The notes beneath the pieces are model-generated. The model ran no database searches and was not told the origin of the DNA. It was given only the letters and a program-made list of their open reading frames with translations. Positions 8,815 through 17,493 of a DNA stretch of 36,549 bases are shown piece after piece. How positions within the stretch are numbered: position 1 is the stretch's first letter; each line of letters begins with the position of its first letter. The DNA comes from an uncultured Aquificales bacterium. GTDB taxonomy: Bacteria > Aquificota > Aquificia > Aquificales > Hydrogenothermaceae. The stretch spans positions 1 to 36,549 of the forward strand of contig CAYTOE010000001.1 of the NCBI GenBank assembly GCA_964439255.1, in the 5' to 3' direction. The position numbers were made by a program, and so were the translations under genes.

Positions 8815-9585
8815 TTACACCTCCAGAACTTCTGTAATTATTTTATAAAATCTTTCCGGGTCTAAACTTGCACTACCAACAAGAAAACCATCAACATTTG
8901 GTTCTTTTATAAGCTCCCTTGCATTTTTTTCATTAACACTTCCACCGTAAAGGATTCTTGTTTTTTCATCTCTACCTTTTGAGATTTCATTTATAAGTGA
9001 ACGGATAAACATATGAACTTCCTGTGCCTGTTCAGGTGTGGCGTTCACACCAGTTCCTATAGCCCATACTGGCTCGTAGGCTATGTCTATAAACTCCATA
9101 TCTTTCTCAACACCGGCAAGACCTTTTCTTATCTGTCTCTCAACAACTGAAAGTGTTTTTCCCTGTTCCCTTTCTTCTAATGTTTCACCTACACACAGAA
9201 TAGGTCTTAAACCGCTTTCCACAGCTGCTACAACTTTTTTATTTATAAGTTCATCCTTTTCTCCAAAAATATGTCTTCTCTCTGAATGACCAAGGATAAC
9301 GTAATCTACATTAAGCTCATTTAACATGACAGGTGATATCTCCCCTGTAAAAGCCCCTTTTTCTGCGTAAAACATATTTTGGGCACCTAATTTCACATTG
9401 TACTCCCCTTCCTTCTTGACTGAGTCGAGTTTTATAGAAGCAGAAGATAAAGCTGTAAATGGTGGTGCAATCATTATTTCAACATTTGTTAAATCTTTTA
9501 CTGAAGGAAGAAAAACCTCTAAGTATTCAAGGGTTTCCCCAACTGTTTTATGCATTTTCCAGTTTGCCGCAATTAAATAGCCCAT
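8815..9585 (-). CDS. tpiA: Triosephosphate isomerase
   Basis: 256 aa. Shows AANWKMHKT, ILGHSERR, CVGETLEERE, AYEPVWAIGTG and YGGSV. AAGGAG lies upstream. Confidence 0.95.
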   Translation of the reverse strand: MGYLIAANWKMHKTVGETLEYLEVFLPSVKDLTNVEIMIAPPFTALSSASIKLDSVKKEGEYNVKLGAQNMFYAEKGAFTGEISPVMLNELNVDYVILGHSERRHIFGEKDELINKKVVAAVESGLRPILCVGETLEEREQGKTLSVVERQIRKGLAGVEKDMEFIDIAYEPVWAIGTGVNATPEQAQEVHMFIRSLINEISKGRDEKTRILYGGSVNEKNARELIKEPNVDGFLVGSASLDPERFYKIITEVLEV

Positions 9586-9660
9586 CCATTAACTCCTTAT
9601 TTATTTTGAAACTTTTATTTTACGAAAAAAATAGGAAGAAAGCTATAGAAGTTGTATTTG

Positions 9661-9685
9661 AAAAAAGCAGGCGTAATGCCTGCTT
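9661..9685 (-). terminator. Rho-independent terminator immediately after nuoI
   Basis: On the minus strand: TAA stop (9688-9686), AA, GCAGGC (9683-9678), ATTAC, GCCTGC (9672-9667), TTTTTT (9666-9661). An A-run on the other side makes it potentially bidirectional. Confidence 0.7.
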
Positions 9686-10387
9686 TTACTGTTGATCAGC
9701 GTAATTTGGTCCAAAGTGAGGTGGATTGTTATCCCAGGCTTTTGCTCTTGCAAAATCGTACTCTGGCCAGAGCTTCTGTGTATCAGGCCAGAAAGACTGG
9801 TCATCAAACTTTTCTTTTCTTCTTCTTGCTATAAAATCATCGGCTATTTTTGATAACTGCTCTTTATTCAGTATATAACCTCTTCTTGTGTATGAAGACA
9901 GGTCATATATGTCTGTGTGGATAATACACCCTGTCGGACATGCAAGGGTACATAATCCACAGAACATACATTTTCCCAAATCCATATCGAACTGGGATAA
10001 AACCTTCAAACCGTGGTGTGGGTGGTCTTCTGGAACATCTAATTTCTGGGCTTTAATAACAAATATCTCAGGAACTGGACAGGCAGCCTGACAGAACTTA
10101 CAGGCTATACATCTGGTTTCTCCCATTTCAGGAGGTTTTATTTTCAGTTTTTTCACCCATGATTGGAAATCTGGCATTTCTGTTCCATCAACATTCCTGA
10201 GACCATGTACGCCTCTAAATCTTGGTGCAGGTGTAATAACCTCAAATGGAAAATCAACAGTGATAACTTTTCTAAATAGGTGTTTTATAGTTGTTTTAAG
10301 CCCTTTCATAAAATCAAGGAAAAATATTTTTTCTATAAAACTCTGTGGGGCTACATTTCTATTTAATCCAACTTTTTTAATTCCCAT
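9686..10387 (-). CDS. nuoI: NADH-quinone oxidoreductase subunit I-like 2x[4Fe-4S] ferredoxin
   Basis: Has two cluster motifs, CIACKFCQAACP and CMFCGLCTLACP, and a NuoI-like N-terminus (FPFEVITPAPRFRGVHGL). I chose the start at ATG 10387 (MGIKKVG) because GGTGGAGG precedes it by 6 nt. The track ORF extends to 10435. Confidence 0.85.
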   Translation of the reverse strand: MGIKKVGLNRNVAPQSFIEKIFFLDFMKGLKTTIKHLFRKVITVDFPFEVITPAPRFRGVHGLRNVDGTEMPDFQSWVKKLKIKPPEMGETRCIACKFCQAACPVPEIFVIKAQKLDVPEDHPHHGLKVLSQFDMDLGKCMFCGLCTLACPTGCIIHTDIYDLSSYTRRGYILNKEQLSKIADDFIARRRKEKFDDQSFWPDTQKLWPEYDFARAKAWDNNPPHFGPNYADQQ

Positions 10388-10403
10388 AGCAATCCTCCAC
10401 CTT

Positions 10404-12140
10404 TTATCTATCAGTTTCCCCAACAACTGGGTCAATCGTTGAAAGTAACGTTATTGCATCTGCGATAGGTCTTCCAATTATAGCTTTTGTAAATATCTGT
10501 AAATTGTAAAAGGCTCCTGAACGTAATCTGAATCTGAAAGGTTTTATACCATCTTTAGGCTGGTATATATAAACCCCTAATTCACCCCTTGGATTATCTG
10601 CAGAAGCGTAAACTTCACCTTTAAATAGTTTCGTTCCCCTTCCATCTATAGTTATCTTCATTTTTTTATCTTCAGGTTCAAAGAAATAAGGGTCATTTTT
10701 AGACATCTTTCTCAATTTTTCTATACACTGGTTTACAATTCTTACAGATTGCCTTATCTCTTCAATCCTTACAAGGTATCTATCGTAGGAATCCCCTTTA
10801 TCACCAACAGGAATGTCAAAATCAACCTCACCGTAGGCATCGTATTTATCAATCTTTCTAATATCATAAGGTACACCTGATGCCCTTGCTACAGCACCTG
10901 TTAGCCCATAGTCATAAACATCTTCTTCAGTTATCACACATACATCCACATTTCTTTTAAGCCATATTCTATTCCTTGTTAAAAGGGTTTCATAATCGTT
11001 AAGTCTCTGTGGAAAATCCCTTAGAAAGTGTTCAATAGCATCAAGGGCACCATAAGGCAGGTCTGCATAAACACCACCAACTCTAAAGTAGTTTATTGTA
11101 AACCTTGCCCCTGTAATACCTTCGAAAATATCCATTATCTTTTCTCTTTCTCTAAATGTGTACAGGAACATTGTTAAGGCACCAAGGTCAAGGGCATAAG
11201 TTCCAAGCCACAGTAAATGTGAATTTATCCTTGAAAGCTCAGCCATCATTGTTCTAATGTACTTTGCTTTTTCAGGTATTTTTTCATGGATACCAAGGAG
11301 TTTCTCTGCGGCAACACACACTGAGTGGTTTTCATTTATAGAAGCGATGTAATCCATTCTATCTGTATAAGGTATTATCTGCTGAACATTCATATTTTCA
11401 GCTAACTTTTCAACACCTCTATGGAGCTGACCAATAATGATATCGCATTCCTGAACATACTCCCCTTCCATATCAAAAAGAAACCATATTGTTCCGTGGG
11501 TACCTGGATGTAAAGGACCCCAGTTCAAGACAACCTGTGATTTTTTATGGGGCATTCTTGCTTTCTGGGTTATCTCTAAGTCTTCAAGAGTTGGAAGGGC
11601 TGTATGCATCCTTGAATAGTTCATAGTACCTTCAAGCTGGTCCATTCTCTCCTTCTCATTTAGAGAAGGAAGCTCTGTATCTTCTATACCCCTCAAAGGA
11701 AAATCTTTTCTAAGGGGATGATATGGATACGTTTCCCATAAAAACATCCTTACGAGGTTTTCATGACCTTCGTACTTTATACCAAACATATCCCAGGCTT
11801 CCCTTTCAGCCCATTTAGCTCCTTTCCACAGTCCTGTTAATGTTGGTAGGGTTTCATCTGTAGCCCAGGATTTAACAATAATCCTTTCTTTATGCTCTGG
11901 AGAGAAGAGAATCAAAACACCCTGGAATCTCGGGTCAGCTTTTTGTCCATGGTCTATAACAGTCCAGTCTATAAACATTTTAAAAGAGTATTCAGGGTCT
12001 GTTTTTAAAAACTTGAGAAAATCTATCAGATTCTCTTTTGGAACTTCTACAGAGTGAAATCCTTTATCATTCTCAATAACATTGACATAGTCGAATTTTT
12101 CACCTAACCTTTTAATCTTTTCTAAACTTATCCAGGACAT
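10404..12140 (-). CDS. nuoCD: Fused NADH-quinone oxidoreductase subunit C/D
   Basis: NuoC-like N-terminal half (ERIIVKSWA...WAEREAWDMFGIKYEGH) and NuoD-like half (LNWGPLHPGTHGT, HRGVEKL, ending DPVVGETDR). The likely start is MSWISLEK at 12140. The track ORF begins at 12209. Confidence 0.9.
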   Translation of the reverse strand: MSWISLEKIKRLGEKFDYVNVIENDKGFHSVEVPKENLIDFLKFLKTDPEYSFKMFIDWTVIDHGQKADPRFQGVLILFSPEHKERIIVKSWATDETLPTLTGLWKGAKWAEREAWDMFGIKYEGHENLVRMFLWETYPYHPLRKDFPLRGIEDTELPSLNEKERMDQLEGTMNYSRMHTALPTLEDLEITQKARMPHKKSQVVLNWGPLHPGTHGTIWFLFDMEGEYVQECDIIIGQLHRGVEKLAENMNVQQIIPYTDRMDYIASINENHSVCVAAEKLLGIHEKIPEKAKYIRTMMAELSRINSHLLWLGTYALDLGALTMFLYTFREREKIMDIFEGITGARFTINYFRVGGVYADLPYGALDAIEHFLRDFPQRLNDYETLLTRNRIWLKRNVDVCVITEEDVYDYGLTGAVARASGVPYDIRKIDKYDAYGEVDFDIPVGDKGDSYDRYLVRIEEIRQSVRIVNQCIEKLRKMSKNDPYFFEPEDKKMKITIDGRGTKLFKGEVYASADNPRGELGVYIYQPKDGIKPFRFRLRSGAFYNLQIFTKAIIGRPIADAITLLSTIDPVVGETDR

Positions 12141-12236
12141 CCTTCTACTCCAAAGTTTAGTTTTTAAAACAGTGTTATAAATTTTATCGGTTAAATAAAC
12201 ATTTATCAACCAATTAACCTGCTGTTTTTCTTTTTC

Positions 12237-12265
12237 TTGCTAAATAATCAACCTTTGCATAGAAT
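12237..12265 (+). promoter_or_regulatory. Candidate sigma70-type promoter for the TonB-like operon
   Basis: TTGCTA (12237-12242), a 17-nt spacer, then TAGAAT (12260-12265). The ATG at 12272 follows after only 6 nt and has no SD, so the mRNA may be leaderless. Confidence 0.3.
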
Positions 12266-12271
12266 ATCTGT

Positions 12272-13054
12272 ATGGAAAATGTTTATATTTCAAAAGCATC
12301 TTCAGGAATAAACAAAACTGTTTTTTCTGTTGCCATAGGAATTGGTATTATTGTCAACCTCCTTTTTCTTTTTTTGCTCCAGTTCTACACCTATGTTAAT
12401 AAAGATGAGATAAATCAGCCAAAAATAACGTATATTCCAGAACCTGTTGAAAAACCTGTGCAGAGGAAGATAGAAAAAGAGAAAAAGAGTGTAAAAAAAG
12501 TAAAGAAAAGGAAAATTACCAAACATATCAAAAGCAAAAAAGGGATTACAAAACCTAAAAAATCCACAGGTAAAACAGTAAAAAAAGAACCTGAAATCCC
12601 TGCTTTTACACCACCTTTACCTGAAAATAAACTCCCAGAAGAAAAAATATCTCTTCCTGAAGAAGAACTACCAGAAGAGAACTTCTCTGATATACCATCG
12701 GAAAAAATAGTAATAAAAGAGTTCCAAGCTGTTTCTCCAGGGAAGTTTAACCCTTCTTTTGGTACAGAGCTTTCAAAACTTGATAGAGGCGTTAAAGGAA
12801 CAGCTAAAAACAGGAAGCTGATTTACAGACCTTCTCCTCCTACTGTAAAATCATCAAATCTACCTCCTCCTATAAAAGTAAAGCTCTGGATAAATAAGGA
12901 CGGTACTGTTGGTAATGTTCAGCTTTTAGAAACAACAGGAAACCCTGATATAGATAAAAAAGTAAGGGAATACGTTTTAAGCTGGAAATTTAACAAAGCT
13001 AAAGAAAAACAGTGGGCAATAACAACAATAAGGTTTAAACCACAAAATAAATGA
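12272..13054 (+). CDS. TonB-family protein (N-terminal TM anchor, Lys/Pro/Glu-rich linker, TonB C-terminal domain)
   Basis: 260 aa. The TM segment is VFSVAIGIGIIVNLLFLFLLQ and the linker includes KPVQRKIEKEKKSVKKVKKRK...PPLPENKLPEEKISLPEEELPEE. The C-terminus KVKLWINKDGTVGNVQLLETTGNPDIDKKVREYVLSWKFNKA fits the TonB_C pattern. Confidence 0.72.
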   Translation: MENVYISKASSGINKTVFSVAIGIGIIVNLLFLFLLQFYTYVNKDEINQPKITYIPEPVEKPVQRKIEKEKKSVKKVKKRKITKHIKSKKGITKPKKSTGKTVKKEPEIPAFTPPLPENKLPEEKISLPEEELPEENFSDIPSEKIVIKEFQAVSPGKFNPSFGTELSKLDRGVKGTAKNRKLIYRPSPPTVKSSNLPPPIKVKLWINKDGTVGNVQLLETTGNPDIDKKVREYVLSWKFNKAKEKQWAITTIRFKPQNK

Positions 13055-14265
13055 TAAAGATACTCCGCCTTATCAAAGAATCTTTTTTAGCTGTAAAAGC
13101 TTATAAACTAAGGACATTCTTTTCTGTTCTTGGAATATCTTTTGGAATAGCATCACTGTCAATAATTGTTGCATCTGTGGAAGGAGCTTTTGATAGAGCT
13201 TACAGAATAATAGATGTTTTCGGTCCTGAAAGTATCATTATTTTTGGGGGTAAAGAGGAAAATAAGGGAGTCAGAGTAAGGGTCAAAACCCTAACAATGG
13301 CAGATTTAAACGCTATAAAAATGAGTTTTCCTGAGATAAAAATTATAATGCCTGTTCTTTTTCTTGATGATATTACTGTTAGATACAGGAAAAATGCTGT
13401 AAAAACAACAGGATACGGTGTTTCTACAGATTTTGAAGAAGCATGGTCATGGTACCTCACAGAGGGAAGGCTGTTTTCGGAAGAAGAGGTGAAAAGAAAG
13501 AAAAATGTTTGTGTACTTGGTAAGTATGTGAAAGTAGAGCTTTTCGGTAAAGAAGATCCAATTGGAAAAACTATCCTTTTTAACCAGATTCCATGCAAGG
13601 TCTTAGGTGTTCTTGGAGAAAGGGGTACAACCCCAACAGGAAGAAACCTTGATAACAGGGTTCTTATGCCTTACACAACAGTCATGAGTAAGATAAACCA
13701 CGATATTTTCTATATAAATGCCATAAGGATAAAATTTTTTAAAGGTACTGATGTTGCTACTGTTGTTGAAGAATTAAGAAATTTTTTAAGGGAAAGACAC
13801 CATTTAAAAGAAGATCAGGATGATGACTTTTTTATACTCTCTCCAAAAGAGATAATAAATTTCCTTGTAGCTCTTACAGGAAGTCTTGTTCTTTTTCTTG
13901 GACTTTCTTCTACTATCTCTTTAACCGTTGGTGGTTTTGTCCTTATGAACCTTTTTCTCCTTTCTGTAAATGAAAGGAAACAGGAAATAGGTATAAGGAG
14001 AGCTTTAGGGGGAAAAAAAAGAGATATAATGTTTCAGTTTTTATATGAGGCTCTTATTATAACTACCTTAGGTGCTGTAGTAGGTTTTTTAATAGGAGTT
14101 TTAGGGGCTAAACTTCTAACATCGTTTGGGAACTTTCCTGTCCATTTCTCATACAGAGCATTTCTCGTTGCTCTTTTTGTTTCCACACTTGTTGGTGTTC
14201 TCTCTGTTTTAAACCCTGCTTTAAGGGCTTCAAGACTAAACCCTATTGAGGCTATCAGGAGCTAA
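13051..14265 (+). CDS. ABC-transporter permease, FtsX/MacB/LolCE family (no nucleotide-binding domain)
   Basis: 404 aa. Architecture is TM1, a ~230-aa periplasmic domain, then three C-terminal TMs. Contains the FtsX-domain motif ERKQEIGIRRALGGKKRDI and ends LNPIEAIRS. The start overlaps the TonB-like stop (ATGA). Confidence 0.85.
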   Translation: MIKILRLIKESFLAVKAYKLRTFFSVLGISFGIASLSIIVASVEGAFDRAYRIIDVFGPESIIIFGGKEENKGVRVRVKTLTMADLNAIKMSFPEIKIIMPVLFLDDITVRYRKNAVKTTGYGVSTDFEEAWSWYLTEGRLFSEEEVKRKKNVCVLGKYVKVELFGKEDPIGKTILFNQIPCKVLGVLGERGTTPTGRNLDNRVLMPYTTVMSKINHDIFYINAIRIKFFKGTDVATVVEELRNFLRERHHLKEDQDDDFFILSPKEIINFLVALTGSLVLFLGLSSTISLTVGGFVLMNLFLLSVNERKQEIGIRRALGGKKRDIMFQFLYEALIITTLGAVVGFLIGVLGAKLLTSFGNFPVHFSYRAFLVALFVSTLVGVLSVLNPALRASRLNPIEAIRS

Positions 14266-14266
14266 A

Positions 14267-15490
14267 ATGGGAAAAGTTCTAAAAGAAAACCTAAAAGTTA
14301 TTTTGAGAATTATGAAGGAGCATAAACTCAGGTCTTCCCTTTCTATACTTGGTATAGCCTTTGGAACATTCGCCCTTATAGTTATGGTTTCTGTCTCCCT
14401 TTCTTTGAAAGAAAAAAGCAAAATTGAAGCGGAGAAGCTTGGAAAAAATGTAATTATTGTAAAATCAGGTCTTGTAAGGGTTTTTAGAAAGAGACAGAGG
14501 ACAATTTCTTCAGCAACAACACTAAAAATAAGAGATGCTATTCTTATAAAAAAACAGATAAGCCATGTTTTAGAGGCTTTACCTTCTTTTACTATAGATT
14601 ACCCTATAAGAAGAAAAGGAACTACTGTTAAAACAACTATTATTGGAACAGAAAGTGAGTATCCTGACATAAGGAGTATAAGAGTTAAAATTGGAAGATT
14701 TTTTACCAGAAAAGAAGAAAAAACAGGGGAAAAAGTTGTTGTTTTGGGGGCAAAAATCAGAGAAAAACTGTTTGGAAATGAAGACCCTATAGGAAAGTTT
14801 ATCCTTATTTTTAGAGTTCCCTGTAAGGTTATCGGTGTTATGGAAGAAAAAGGGGTAGATATATCAGGGACAGATCAGGATATGCTTGTTTATACACCTT
14901 TAAAAACATCTATGAGAAGGTTGGCAAATGTTGATTATATAAATACAATCTTTGTTCAGGTTGATTCAAAAGAAAATATACCTGTTGTAAAAAGAGAAAT
15001 AAGATTCTTACTGAGAAAACTCCACAAACTAAAAAAAACAGATAAAGATGATTTTACCGTTTTAACACCTGATGACCTTATGAGAATGCAAACGCAGGCA
15101 TTAAAAATATTCACTGTTTTAGGAGTTGTTTCAGCTGTTATATCCTTCAGTATAGGAGGAATAGGCATTCTGTCTGTCATGATTCTTATAGTAAATGAAA
15201 GAATTACTGAGATAGGAATCAGAAGAGCCGTTGGTGCCAAAAGAAAAGATATACTTATACAGTTTTTACTTGAAACAGGTTTTCTGTCTTTTTTTGGGGG
15301 TGGAATAGGATTTATTTTAGCCATTTTTCTTATAACTGTTATCTACAAGATATCAAACTTACCAGAAATATACCCAAAGGATTTCATAATATTTGCCGTT
15401 TTTATCTCTATTTTTACAGGACTTGTAGCGGGTATATACCCTGCCCTAAAAGCATCAAATATAAAACCTATAGAAGCTTTAAGAGGCTGA
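14267..15490 (+). CDS. ABC-transporter permease, FtsX/MacB/LolCE family, paralogue of the preceding gene
   Basis: Same architecture as the upstream gene. Shared strings with it include EDPIGK, PCKVIGV, ERITEIGIRRAVGAKRKDI and the ending IKPIEALRG. I chose the start at ATG 14267 (MGKVLKEN), with AGGAG at 14257-14261. The track ORF starts at 14246. Confidence 0.85.
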   Translation: MGKVLKENLKVILRIMKEHKLRSSLSILGIAFGTFALIVMVSVSLSLKEKSKIEAEKLGKNVIIVKSGLVRVFRKRQRTISSATTLKIRDAILIKKQISHVLEALPSFTIDYPIRRKGTTVKTTIIGTESEYPDIRSIRVKIGRFFTRKEEKTGEKVVVLGAKIREKLFGNEDPIGKFILIFRVPCKVIGVMEEKGVDISGTDQDMLVYTPLKTSMRRLANVDYINTIFVQVDSKENIPVVKREIRFLLRKLHKLKKTDKDDFTVLTPDDLMRMQTQALKIFTVLGVVSAVISFSIGGIGILSVMILIVNERITEIGIRRAVGAKRKDILIQFLLETGFLSFFGGGIGFILAIFLITVIYKISNLPEIYPKDFIIFAVFISIFTGLVAGIYPALKASNIKPIEALRG

Positions 15491-17434
15491 TGCGGAAGCA
15501 ATCATATCTTCATACATTCTGTAATATTCCATATCTTTTTTAATTTCTAACTCTATAGGCTTTTTAAGATAAAATCCCTGTCCATATCTTATTCCTATCG
15601 ATTTAACTTTATTTAGAACCTGCTCATTGTGTATAAATTCAGCAACAACATCTATTCCAAGGTCATCTGCAAAAAGTTTTATCGCTTTTACGATAGAAAA
15701 TGCCCTTGGGTCAAGGTCTATATTTTTTATAAGTGAGCCATCTATTTTCAGGTAGTCTGGATTCAGTTCAACTATATGGGAAAAGTTAGAGTATCCTGTT
15801 CCAAAGTCGTCTATGGCAATTTTACATCCTATCTCTTTTATCTTAAACATCTGTTCTTTGAAAAATTCGTAGTTTTCTATCTCTTCAGATTCAAGTATTT
15901 CAACGGTTACCCTTTGAGCCTTTTCTCCGTCAAAGAGCATGGCAAGCATATAGATAATATCTTCATTGTATATATCCATAGCAGAAAGATTTATACTTAC
16001 ATGCATCTTTTTGTACATATCTAAAACCATAGAGTTGTACTCTATGATTTTTTTTGTTAAATCAACATTAACGTATGTTCTTTTTATTGCATCAAGAAAC
16101 TGCCCAGGATAAAGAATTTTTTTGTCTTCTGTCATTATCCTTACGAGGGCTTCGTATTTGACAGGTCTAAGGGTGTTTAAATCAACAATTGGCTGATAAT
16201 GGCATATAACTCTGTTTTCCTCTATAGCTTCCTTTACTATATTTATATTTTTACTCTCAAATTTCAGATTTGTGTTGTAAAGTTCAATCCTGTTTCTTCC
16301 CCTTTGTTTTGCCTTGTAAAGAGCCATATCTGCATGTTTTATTGCTTCCTCTATAGATTTTTCATACTCGTACAGATTTATACCTATTGATATGGTTATT
16401 TTTAACTTTATGCCATCAACATCTATATATTTCTTCATCACAGCATTTTTAATAGACCTTGCAAACTGAACCATATCGTATTTGTATGTTGGGCTGTCAG
16501 GATTTGATTTTACAAAGAGGATAAACTCTTCCCCTCCGTATCTGATAAGAATATCCTCTTCTTTTATACAGCTTTTTATTCTGTTTGCTATCTCCTTAAG
16601 AACTTTATCTCCAACTTCATGTCCGTATGTGTCGTTTATTCTTTTAAAAAAATCTATATCTATTACAAAAACTGTGTATGTGTCTAACTTGAATAAATCC
16701 ATGTTATCGTACATAAAATGTCTGTTATAAACTCCTGTAAGTGGGTCTATGTACATCTTTTCAAGGTCTTTTCTGTACTTCCTTGACTGGTAAAAAAAGT
16801 AAGAAATTACAAGTGCTACGACAGTAAAAAGTCCCCCCAATGTGAATTTTACTTTCCTTGCAAGGGATTCAATACCATAAAACTTCCTAACGGAAAGGTC
16901 TAGAAGTATATATCCTTTTACTTCCTTGTTTATTTTTATAGGCTTTACATACGTTATAAAACGCCTGCCATTTTTTTCTCTTTCTATGATTTTTCTTTTA
17001 GTTGTGTTCAATATTGATTCTATATCTTCAGGATTTCCGTTGTAAATTTCCCAGAATTTTCTTCTTTCCAGGGTTTTGGATACATCAAGTATATACCTGA
17101 GCTTGTTGTCCTTATCCTTGTAAAGGATGTATGCCCTTTTAACATCTTTGTTTAATATAAGCTCAAACTCCTTTTCGAACTGATTTTTTAACCCTGTTGT
17201 TAAAAATAAACTTGCTATATCCTTATTTTCTATTTTTGCTGTTTTAAGCATCTCTTTTTCAAACTTATCTATTTTTGCATTAAGGTCAGGTAGTACAACT
17301 TCATTTATTATTGTGTCTTCTATAGACTGCTCAATTTTTGGAATAGAAAGAAACCCAACTGCAAGGGCAGATAATGTGATAAATAAGACTACTATATATT
17401 TAAAAAATATATTTGTATTGTTTTTTTGAAGCAT
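15479..17434 (-). CDS. Membrane-anchored sensor protein with GGDEF (diguanylate cyclase) and EAL (c-di-GMP phosphodiesterase) domains
   Basis: 651 aa. Two TM segments flank a ~170-aa extracytoplasmic region. The GGDEF domain carries RYGGEEF. The EAL domain carries YEALVR, SINLS, EILESEE, DDFGTGYS, KIDGS and QGFY. Confidence 0.9.
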   Translation of the reverse strand: MLQKNNTNIFFKYIVVLFITLSALAVGFLSIPKIEQSIEDTIINEVVLPDLNAKIDKFEKEMLKTAKIENKDIASLFLTTGLKNQFEKEFELILNKDVKRAYILYKDKDNKLRYILDVSKTLERRKFWEIYNGNPEDIESILNTTKRKIIEREKNGRRFITYVKPIKINKEVKGYILLDLSVRKFYGIESLARKVKFTLGGLFTVVALVISYFFYQSRKYRKDLEKMYIDPLTGVYNRHFMYDNMDLFKLDTYTVFVIDIDFFKRINDTYGHEVGDKVLKEIANRIKSCIKEEDILIRYGGEEFILFVKSNPDSPTYKYDMVQFARSIKNAVMKKYIDVDGIKLKITISIGINLYEYEKSIEEAIKHADMALYKAKQRGRNRIELYNTNLKFESKNINIVKEAIEENRVICHYQPIVDLNTLRPVKYEALVRIMTEDKKILYPGQFLDAIKRTYVNVDLTKKIIEYNSMVLDMYKKMHVSINLSAMDIYNEDIIYMLAMLFDGEKAQRVTVEILESEEIENYEFFKEQMFKIKEIGCKIAIDDFGTGYSNFSHIVELNPDYLKIDGSLIKNIDLDPRAFSIVKAIKLFADDLGIDVVAEFIHNEQVLNKVKSIGIRYGQGFYLKKPIELEIKKDMEYYRMYEDMIASASAS

Positions 17435-17493
17435 AAAATCCCTCCGAGAGATACTTATATTTTAAAGACAAAAAGGCCTATTGTAAATATTTT

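Noticed and set aside
12141-12209. The upstream 23 codons of the nuoCD ORF, and likewise 10388-10435 of the nuoI ORF.
   Set aside because: The extensions have no NuoC/NuoI similarity. The internal ATGs (12140 and 10387) are preceded by GGAG/GGAGG, and the nuoI extension would overlap the nuoCD C-terminus.
13200-13598. A 132-aa minus-strand ORF inside the first FtsX permease. Similar shadow ORFs occur at 14956-15324, 18679-19008, 19819-20175 and 23397-23795.
   Set aside because: All are fully nested antisense to well-supported genes. They encode S/F/L/I-rich low-complexity strings and lack SD sequences.
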